Below are positions 9,142 to 16,800 of a DNA stretch of 32,000 nt, one piece after another. Origin of the DNA: Sedimentisphaera cyanobacteriorum (GTDB taxonomy: Bacteria; Planctomycetota; Phycisphaerae; Sedimentisphaerales; Sedimentisphaeraceae). The position numbers and the translations under genes were made by a program. Each line of letters opens with the position of its first letter. Within the stretch, counting starts at the first letter, position 1. Under the pieces are notes generated by a model. That model worked only from the letters and a program-made list of their open reading frames with translations, did not search any database and was not told the origin of the DNA. The stretch lies in contig NZ_CP019633.1 of NCBI RefSeq assembly GCF_001997385.1, positions 2,850,001 through 2,882,000 of the forward strand. Direction: 5' to 3'.

Positions 9142-9975
9142 TTATTCCCAGTTCACCTTTTGTCTTTTCGATTCTTCAATAAGTTCTTCTAAGCGGTTTT
9201 TTATTAAGGAGTCCCGCTGGTCGTCGAGGGCTTCAAGGTCTTTTTGCTGCTTGTTTATTTCTTTTTCGATCTGCTGGAGTTTTTTCTGCAAGTCTTCGAG
9301 TTTGAGCCGTCTTTTTTCAAGAATCACATTGAGTCTCATTGAAACAATGTCCCTCAGTTCATCCTCAAGCTCTTTCATTTCCTGTTCATTTTCGCAGTAA
9401 CGGAGCTGTTCTGTGATTTGCTCTCTTCGCTGTTTGAGCTCGAGATCGTTTTTCATAAGCTCTGCCATTTCAGGATTTCTTTTCTCTGTCTCGAAGATGC
9501 GCCTGTATTTGCTTCTTATATATGCCGTGTTTTTGAATGCGGAATTAGGGTCTGCCTCGAAGGCCTTTTTCATTTTTTCCGCCTCTTCAGGGAAGTTTTC
9601 CTCGAGCCATTCAATAAATTCATCGTTGCGTTTGGCAAACCTTTCTTTGAATTTTGCTCTAAACCTCTCGCCCGGTTCGAACCGTCCTTCTCCATGGCGG
9701 TGTTCAGGCCCTCGGAAATCAGGCCTGCCCATTTTGTCCTTTATAATATCCTTCATTTCTTCGTGAAATGCTTTGGGATTTTCTTCTCTCAATTTTCTGA
9801 GCTCTTCAGCTCGGGGGCGGTCTTTCTCTGCAATTTCATCGAGAATCCTCTCATACTTCTGCTCAGTATGCTTTTTCATTCTGCCGTGGAGCTCCCCTTC
9901 GGCGTGCTCATCAAACACCTCATCTGCAAAGAGCAGAGAAGCTGTAAGAATTAGAAATAAAGCCGTTTTTCTCAT
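9142..9975 (-). CDS. Secreted, highly charged coiled-coil protein, last gene of the ECF module
   Basis: Signal peptide MRKTALFLILTASLLFA, followed by Glu/Lys/Arg-rich helical sequence with loosely repeated NP..F/AE..K segments. Confidence 0.7.
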   Translation of the reverse strand: MRKTALFLILTASLLFADEVFDEHAEGELHGRMKKHTEQKYERILDEIAEKDRPRAEELRKLREENPKAFHEEMKDIIKDKMGRPDFRGPEHRHGEGRFEPGERFRAKFKERFAKRNDEFIEWLEENFPEEAEKMKKAFEADPNSAFKNTAYIRSKYRRIFETEKRNPEMAELMKNDLELKQRREQITEQLRYCENEQEMKELEDELRDIVSMRLNVILEKRRLKLEDLQKKLQQIEKEINKQQKDLEALDDQRDSLIKNRLEELIEESKRQKVNWE

Positions 9976-9979
9976 TTGA

Positions 9980-10456
9980 CTATCCTTTCCAGAATTGCTC
10001 AGAGCTGAGCTGCTGTTTTATTGATTCAATTTCGCCTTCTATTTCGCCGGAGGTTTCGTCTTCGTCTGCAAGGCTGTATTCTATATTTTCAAGTTTTGTT
10101 TCAATAAGGCTCAGCTGGCTGTCGGTCTGCCAGAATTCACTTGCTGAGGCTTCAAGAGAAGCCTCTGGCCTTATCGCTTCTTTACGAACAATGCTGTCCG
10201 GATTCATAAGGCTTACAGAAGCTGAGAACGCAACAGCGAGAATCGCTGCTGCCGCCCACCCGCTTCGAATAAACAATCTTGCCTTTCTCTGTTCGGCAAG
10301 CCTGCCTGCAAGCTTATCTTTCAAAGAAGATTTGAGCTCTTCTTCGAGAGTAAAGTCTGCTGCCTTGCTGAAATGCGAAGATTCGAAAACCTCACGCTCA
10401 AGCGATTTAATCTCGCCCAGTTTTTCGAAGTCTGATTTTTCGTTATCTGCTTTCAT
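9980..10456 (-). CDS. Putative anti-sigma factor (single-pass membrane protein)
   Basis: It overlaps the sigma-factor gene by 14 nt, has one TM helix (GWAAAAILAVAFSASVSL), and sits in the position typical of ECF anti-sigma partners. Confidence 0.55.
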   Translation of the reverse strand: MKADNEKSDFEKLGEIKSLEREVFESSHFSKAADFTLEEELKSSLKDKLAGRLAEQRKARLFIRSGWAAAAILAVAFSASVSLMNPDSIVRKEAIRPEASLEASASEFWQTDSQLSLIETKLENIEYSLADEDETSGEIEGEIESIKQQLSSEQFWKG

Positions 10457-10982
10457 TTTCTATCACCGTTTTCATTTTTTTTAGGGCTCTGTGGATTTTC
10501 GTCAGAACTGTTCCGACAGGCTTGCCCGTTGCCTCTGCTATTTCCTTGAAGCTCATATCCGAATAATACCTCAGCATTACAAGATTCCTGCTGTCCTCAT
10601 CAAGCTCTGAAACTGCCTTTTCCAAGTCTGTTTCCGTTTCGTCCGATTCGTGCTGCCGGTCTAAGTATTCTTTTTCTTCACGATACCTGCTGTAGTTCTC
10701 TCGTTCCCTGATGACTTTTCTTAAATAATCGTAGTAAACGCTGCCGGCGATCTTAAAAATCCACGCCTCAAAAGAACCGTTTTTATAGCTCTTAATGCTC
10801 TTGAGAAGCTTAAAATAAAAGTCGCTCAAAAGCTCTTCTGCAGCCTCGGGATCTCTCGTGCATGATGCAAAGTATCCATATATCTTGTCTGAATATATGT
10901 CAACCAGCTGCCGGTAAGCTTCCTGCTCGCCTCTCTTGCAGCCTGCTATTAATTGCTCTTTGTTGATTTCCCCGGCGTTCAC
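10443..10982 (-). CDS. ECF-type RNA polymerase sigma-70 family factor
   Basis: Region 2-like YRQLVDIYSDKIYGYFASCTRDPEAAEELLSDFYFKLL. Region 4 HTH NLVMLRYYSDMSFKEIAEATGKPVGTVLTKIHRALKKMK. GTG start. Confidence 0.85.
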   Translation of the reverse strand: MNAGEINKEQLIAGCKRGEQEAYRQLVDIYSDKIYGYFASCTRDPEAAEELLSDFYFKLLKSIKSYKNGSFEAWIFKIAGSVYYDYLRKVIRERENYSRYREEKEYLDRQHESDETETDLEKAVSELDEDSRNLVMLRYYSDMSFKEIAEATGKPVGTVLTKIHRALKKMKTVIENESR

Positions 10983-11033
10983 GGTTATAAAGACGTTTCC
11001 CAGAATAAAATTATTTCAAAAAAATCAGGATAA

Positions 11034-11360
11034 TCAGAAATCATATTTCTCGTAATCCTCGCCGTCCCAATCTGGATTTTCCGGTGCATCGTCTTGGTCT
11101 TCAAAATATTTCCAACCTTCAGTGTCTTCGAAGTCGTCTATTTCCCGTTCCACATACTTGATTATCTTGTCCTGTATGTCGTTCAGCTTGGAGTTTGTCC
11201 TTGCCTGCGAGGACTGAATTGAAAGCATCTCGTTGAGTTTCATAATCTGCCATTTCTGGAGGCATTCCGGTTCTACGATATACTTGAATGGGTTGCAAAG
11301 AAAAATAAGCTCCCCGTTTGCCCCTTCTTTGCAGTATTTACAGTCTTTACATTGAATCAT
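11034..11360 (-). CDS. Hypothetical Cys-rich protein with an acidic tail, first gene of the ECF module
   Basis: The N-terminus carries CxxCxxC...C...C (MIQCKDCKYCKEGANGELIFLCNPFKYIVEPEC). The C-terminus is very acidic (DDFEDTEGWKYFEDQDDAPENPDWDGEDYEKYDF). Confidence 0.6.
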   Translation of the reverse strand: MIQCKDCKYCKEGANGELIFLCNPFKYIVEPECLQKWQIMKLNEMLSIQSSQARTNSKLNDIQDKIIKYVEREIDDFEDTEGWKYFEDQDDAPENPDWDGEDYEKYDF

Positions 11361-11475
11361 AACCTGCTCCTTTTTAAAATTAAAAAAGTTCTTGCTTTTT
11401 AAAGTGTAACCGATATCCTCCCAGTTCTAAAGATAAAATAAGAAATATTTGCAGAACGATAAACTGGAGCGATAA

Positions 11476-11556
11476 ATGAGTAAGCCAAGACGCAGGCGTA
11501 AAGTCGGCAGTAAGAAAAGAAAGGCTCGCTGGAAGGTAAGAAACAAGGTTTCATAA
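11476..11556 (+). CDS. Unannotated 26-aa extremely basic peptide (MSKPRRRRKVGSKKRKARWKVRNKVS), possibly a small ribosomal-type protein
   Basis: GGAG lies 6 nt upstream of the ATG. The ORF is followed within about 20 nt by a strong intrinsic terminator. It is too short for the ORF track. Confidence 0.45.
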   Translation: MSKPRRRRKVGSKKRKARWKVRNKVS

Positions 11557-11577
11557 CCGTTCGGCGAAAAGTTTAAA

Positions 11578-11618
11578 AGCCCCGAAGGGAAAAGCAATCC
11601 TATCGGGGCTTTTTTTTT
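11578..11618 (+). terminator. Rho-independent terminator
   Basis: AGCCCCGA ... TCGGGGCT stem followed by T9. Confidence 0.8.
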
Positions 11619-12029
11619 GCACTGCAGCAGGCTTTTCAGGCCGAATCGTCAGGCATTGCTTCTCTTGCGGAAAAGCCCTGCGGAGAGCATGACAAAAATG
11701 CTTATCGAGGTTGGTTCGGGAACTATAGTGCCATACCGTTTGCAGAATCAATCTTGCTTGCAGCAGTTACGAGCTTTGAATTTTTCAACCTCCGATGTAA
11801 TTCAAAGCTAAACATTGTAGCTTTCGGAGAATATGATATAATTATAAGCGTGAAGTTAGTGAAGATTAGCGTTTAAGATGAATTATGACTCAGCTTACAA
11901 CGTTATCCTGTCAATACTGCTCAAAATCAGCCCCTGATCGTGCTGTTTGATTATTTCCCGCAGATAATCGCCTCAAAAAACGAAAAAATGCTGGAAAGGT
12001 ACAATCTTTTTTTTAAAATCTCTGAGATT

Positions 12030-12497
12030 ATGAAGTTTTCACTAATAGATAAAATAACAGATATAGATTCAGGCCGGCATCTGGAAGCGGTGAAGAACGT
12101 CGCTCTTGCAGAGGAATACCTCCAAGACCATTTTCCCGCATTTCCCGTACTGCCCGGAGTGTTTCTCCTTCAGGGTATGATTGAGTCTGCCTCGTGGCTG
12201 GTGAGGGAATATCAGAACTACTCCAACAGTATGGTATTGCTAAAAAAGGCCAGAAACGTAAAATACAAGTCTTTTGCAGCCCCGGGCAGCACGATACGTT
12301 ACACTGTTGAGGTTAAGAGCCTCGATGATAAAACCAGCAGTTTCAAGGCTTCCGGAGTTGCAGGAGAGGAAGCGGTGGTTGAGGCAAGGATAGACCTCAA
12401 ACACTTCAACCTTGCTGATGAAAATCCAGAGATGGACAGGGCGGATAAGGAAGTAATCGATAATTTGAAGAAAAGATGGCAGCTGCTTACGCAGTAA
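12030..12497 (+). CDS. FabZ/FabA-like 3-hydroxyacyl-ACP dehydratase family protein
   Basis: The hot-dog fold signature EEYLQDHFPAFPVLPGVFLLQGMIESASWL contains the HFP..PV.PGV motif. I prefer the ATG at 12030 (MKFSLIDKITDID...) over the track start at 11940. Confidence 0.75.
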   Translation: MKFSLIDKITDIDSGRHLEAVKNVALAEEYLQDHFPAFPVLPGVFLLQGMIESASWLVREYQNYSNSMVLLKKARNVKYKSFAAPGSTIRYTVEVKSLDDKTSSFKASGVAGEEAVVEARIDLKHFNLADENPEMDRADKEVIDNLKKRWQLLTQ

Positions 12498-12526
12498 CAA
12501 TAAACAGAAAGTAAGGAGATTTAGAA

Positions 12527-12916
12527 ATGGCGATGAGTCGTGATGAAATTTTTGAGAAGGTGCAGGAAGTTCTCGCTGAAGCGCTGGGGCTCGATGATGA
12601 TGAGGTAACCCCCCAAGCAACGCTGATGGGAGACCTAGGAGCTGAGAGCATCGATTTTCTCGATATTACGTTTAATCTTGAGAAGGCTTTCGATATCAAG
12701 ATTCCGAGGGAAGAGCTTTTTCCCGCTGATTCAATAATGGAAAACGGCGAGTATGTGCAGGACGGCAAACTAACAGAAGCCGGCCTCGCTGAGCTCAAGG
12801 ATAAGATGCCGCATACCGATTTTAGTGAGTTTGAAGCAGATCCTGATATCAACAAGCTGCCGGACCTTTTCACTGTTGATTCAATTGTGAAATTCGTCGA
12901 AGGCAAAGTAAACTAA
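12527..12916 (+). CDS. Acyl carrier protein with a large internal insertion (129 aa)
   Basis: The phosphopantetheine-site context is LMGDLGAESIDFLDITFNLEKAF. The terminal helix is FTVDSIVKFVEGK. About 45 extra residues lie between them. AAGGAG RBS. Confidence 0.8.
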   Translation: MAMSRDEIFEKVQEVLAEALGLDDDEVTPQATLMGDLGAESIDFLDITFNLEKAFDIKIPREELFPADSIMENGEYVQDGKLTEAGLAELKDKMPHTDFSEFEADPDINKLPDLFTVDSIVKFVEGKVN

Positions 12917-12945
12917 AACGCAGTTTACAAACGCAAAGATTCTCA

Positions 12946-12982
12946 TCAGAAGCTTCCTCTGCGGAGCTTCTGATTTTTTTTT
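12946..12982 (+). terminator. Rho-independent terminator marking the end of the housekeeping block
   Basis: TCAGAAGCTTC / GGAGCTTCTGA forms an 11-bp stem with a 6-nt loop, followed by T9. Confidence 0.85.
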
Positions 12983-13500
12983 GGGGCTTGGCAAAGTGGG
13001 GCAGGCCTTTTTAGTTGCAGCAGGCCGATTGCGTTTTTTCTCATAACTCGCAGCTCTTGGAAAATTCTTTACCAGATAAGGGCAATAAAACCAATTTTTT
13101 TTGTAAGTTATTTTCTTTCAAGGCTTCAATTTCATTAATAAAATCTCTGAAATCTGCGCACTCAGAAAATAAAAGTGATCCTGTGTTTAGCCCCGGATCT
13201 GCATCAGAGAAGAGATGATTCAATATTGAAGATTTAGGATTTTACACTATCTCGGGCAACTTCGCTGCTCGGTACTTCTCTAAATTGGTGGCTTTGGGAA
13301 ATTTTGGGGAATCTGAAAATTTTTCTTGATTTTATCTTTCAATCTGCTTAATCTAAAAACAAGTTAGTAATTAAGATTTTGCAAGGAAAAATATATGACT
13401 TCTAAGTTTTTGGCAATGCTGGCTACAGTTTTTTTCTTTTGCGAACCCTGTAACGAGACTTTTTATTTTTTAAAAGAATAGGATTCTGGCTAATAAAAAG

Positions 13501-13785
13501 ATGATTATAGCGGTAATTATTTTGCTAATCACATGGCAAGATGCATTAGGAACATTTCAAAGTCCTATATATTATGTAGATGTTGAATGTCGCTTGACTA
13601 TTGATGAATCGCATGGAGGTGGGCAGTATAATTATCCTAAAAAGGCTGCATTATACAACCAGTATGGATATCCAATAGACGCTAACAATTATTTAGAGGA
13701 TTGGAGCTTTGATTGGGACCATGGAGACCTTACATATACAAATTTTTGGTACGGACAGAAGATAGAAGCATTTATATTTTGGTGA
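13501..13785 (+). CDS. Hypothetical 94-aa ORF with a hydrophobic N-terminus, possibly a detached leader of the RHS protein
   Basis: The N-terminus is MIIAVIILLITWQDALG. The ORF ends 20 nt after the RHS reading frame opens at 13766. No clear RBS. Confidence 0.4.
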   Translation: MIIAVIILLITWQDALGTFQSPIYYVDVECRLTIDESHGGGQYNYPKKAALYNQYGYPIDANNYLEDWSFDWDHGDLTYTNFWYGQKIEAFIFW

Positions 13786-13882
13786 TTATGAAATTTTTGG
13801 CTGTGATAGCTCAAACTCTATTATTACAGCTGATGAAGCAACAAGCCAACTTGGTGATGCCAGCGGTTCTGGGAATGTTAAA

Positions 13883-16800
13883 ATGATCTGTTTTGACACG
13901 CAAGACGACCTGATAAATATAGCAAAAGATGACCCTAATGTTTCCGTAAAGCTTGGTGATGCCGTAGCTGGAGATCCTATTCACTTAGAGAGCGGCAAAA
14001 GTATTGAATCAATAACTGACTTGAAAATCCATGGAAATACAATGGATATTGAGTTTAATAGGCTGTATCTTGGAGAAAGCTTTGACAGAGGGTTTAAACA
14101 TAGGTTCAATGTTCCACTAAAAAACACAAAATATTTAGCGGGAACAGATGACAATGTATTGAAAAACGATTGCTCTGTACAAAAAAAGATTACCAAAACC
14201 GCTAACCTTCTCAATATTCCATCAATTGTTAATCTCTATGGTATAAATGACCCAAATGATCAAGCTAACTATACTTTTATGGTTGTTGATAAAGTAACTC
14301 CCTTAACAGAAACGGACTGTTTTTTCGAGTTACCTGAAAATGCTCCCAATAACGGCAAAGTTGTATTTAATGATGTAGGCAGCGGCAGTGTGAATTTTGA
14401 TGTAGCGTGTAGTTATTATCATTACTGGTGGTACCCGGAAGTTAACTTTTATGATCCAAACGGAAATGTTCTTTCCACTTCAGAACCATATAGGGTTCTT
14501 ACGAAGATCGGAACAGATACATACAATTATACAAAGGATTATCCCATCAGTCCATACAGCTGCAGGGTAGGCCGGAACTGGACGCACAACTACAACATAT
14601 TCCTCCAGGATACTGTGGAGGAGAGCTCAGGTTCAAACTGTCCAAGCGAGACGGACAATCTGAAAATCATCTCTGGCGCAACAACGTATAATTTTTCCAG
14701 AAGTTCGGGAGCGGATGAGAGCGTACCTTTTACCTGCCAATCCTCGCCGGAATTAAAATTATACAAAACCGTCGATTCCGGCGAGGCATATTTCATCCTG
14801 CACAAGAAACATGGAGAGAGATGGAAATTCAGCTCTGCCCTATCTGATTCAATCACTTATCCTTTAGAATATATGGAAGATCGCTTCGGCAATCGTCTTG
14901 ATTTTGAGTATTATGCCGAAGAAAAAGAGGGGCTGCTGCAATCAATAACAAACGATGTCGGCAGAGAAATAAACTTTTACTACACCAGCACAGATTATAT
15001 GCTGGATTATATCGAAGACGACAGAGACAGGCAATGGCATTATAGCCGCAATTCAAACTTTGAGCTAACATCTGTTGCTTCCCCTTCCCCTGAGGGAGGC
15101 TCTCAGGGCAGTGTTTCCCAATATACATATACAAATCCAGCCGGATCAAATCCCCATCAGCTCAAAACCAAAACAGATGCTCAAGGCCAGATATGGTATG
15201 ACAATACTTACAGCAGCGAAGGCAGAATTGTATCCCAGCAATACGGCAGCGGCAGCTTTACTAGCTCATACAATTTCCCTGAAAACGATCCGAACTATGT
15301 TGTAATAGCCGACAGGGAAGGGAATGCAGTAATGCATTACCTCACAAAAACAGGCTTAATTGACAAACGAAAGGTTTACAGTGATGAAAGCACATGGCTT
15401 ACAACAGACTACATCTATGATTTTGAGCTTGACGGAAGTTTGGAGGAGAAAGAGGCTCCCTGCCTAATCAAGAAGATTGTGCTGCCGGATAACAAAATAA
15501 TCGCATATACGCACGATCAATACGGAAATACAACAAGCGAAACCCATAAAGCCAACGAAAACGACCCGGGCATAACAACTTCATACACATACACCGGCGG
15601 AGCAGACTCCAATCTCTGCTCCATAACCACTCCGGACGGATTGACGTATCAGTTTTCATATACAGGAGACGCTCTAACACAAATTGAGCTGCCGGCGGCT
15701 ACAGTGTATGATCCAAACTCCCTTGACTACGTTGTTGAAAATCCAACTTATCAGCTTGGATACGACTCACGCGGAAATTATGATTACATAAAACTTCCCG
15801 ACGGAAACACCCTCAATTATGAATACAGCTATAATGAAGATGGCCAAAAGAGCCAGCTTATTATCAATTTCAACTACGATCCCTTATTGCAGTATTCATA
15901 TTCTTTTGATACTACTTCCGGTTTGATAGAGCAGGCAACCGACCCTGACGGGGTAACAACGGATTACAGTTATAATGATGCAGACAGGCTTACGGAAATC
16001 CAAAACGGATTAGGCGAAATCGCAAAAATTGCATACAATCCGCTTGGGCTTGTAGAAACTGTGAGCACGCAGCTTGGAGCAAGCTATAATGAAAACACTG
16101 CCATAAACTACAGCTTCGGATACACCATCACAGACAAGCTTGCAGCCATCACAGACAGCCTCGGAAGAATAACAACAATCGGCTACAATAACAACGACAA
16201 GCGGCAATTCGTTAAAGACCCCAAGGCTTCCGCAGACGGGTTTAAGAACAAGGAATATTCATACAACTCCCGTGATCTTCTAAAATCAATCACTTTTCCT
16301 GAAGACTACGACCCCGCAGCGGGCAATCAGAATGTTACTAATATAAGCTATGATGAAGGCGGAAGGGTCGAATCTGCAACAGATCCGGAGGGCGGGATAA
16401 CCGCTTATGATTACGACGGATACGGCAGGCTGGAGCAAATCACTTATCCAGATTCCGGCAAGGAGAAGTTCTCATACGACTGCGCAGGCAGGATAACAAC
16501 AAAAACCCGGCCATCCGGTGATAAAATCCTCTATGATTACAACCTCTCAGGAAAGCTTTCAGCCAAAGCCGTGCTGCCGGCAGACAGCTCAAACGCATTA
16601 ATGAAAGACGAGAACGGGATATTTTCAATGCTTGATTCCGACTGGGCCAGCATCTGGGATCCGAACAGCTTCGGCGGGCAGTTTGCACAAACAAGCCAGA
16701 ACGGGGCTAATTTTCCCTTCACAATATCCGAATCAGGCAGCTATATCGTTCAGGTTTACTTCCCTGCCTCAAGCGGGACAGTACGGTTCAGTATATATGA

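Noticed and set aside
9413-9979. Plus-strand ORFs 9413..9766, 9418..9954 and 9773..9979, antisense to the coiled-coil gene.
   Set aside because: They are Ser/Phe/Leu-rich mirror frames of a Glu/Lys-rich gene (GAA/AAG repeats read backwards as TTC/CTT). The minus-strand ORF has a signal peptide and fits the operon.
11940-12029. Track start at 11940 (non-ATG) for the FabZ-like gene, which adds 30 N-terminal residues.
   Set aside because: The extension (LFDYFPQIIASKNEKMLERYNLFFKISEI) has no counterpart in hot-dog dehydratases. The ATG at 12030 gives the typical MKF.LID.I start. The start choice remains uncertain because the RBS is weak.
12240-12906. Minus-strand ORFs 12240..12620 and 12487..12906, overlapping the FabZ-like and ACP genes.
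   Set aside because: The plus-strand products carry clear family signatures (HFP..PV.PGV and DLGAESID). The antisense products are Ser-rich with no motifs.
13015-13223. ORFs 13015..13218 (+) and 13041..13223 (-), in the AT-rich spacer before the RHS locus.
   Set aside because: They overlap each other on opposite strands, have no RBS and have low-complexity composition. The interval more likely holds the promoter or boundary region of the island.
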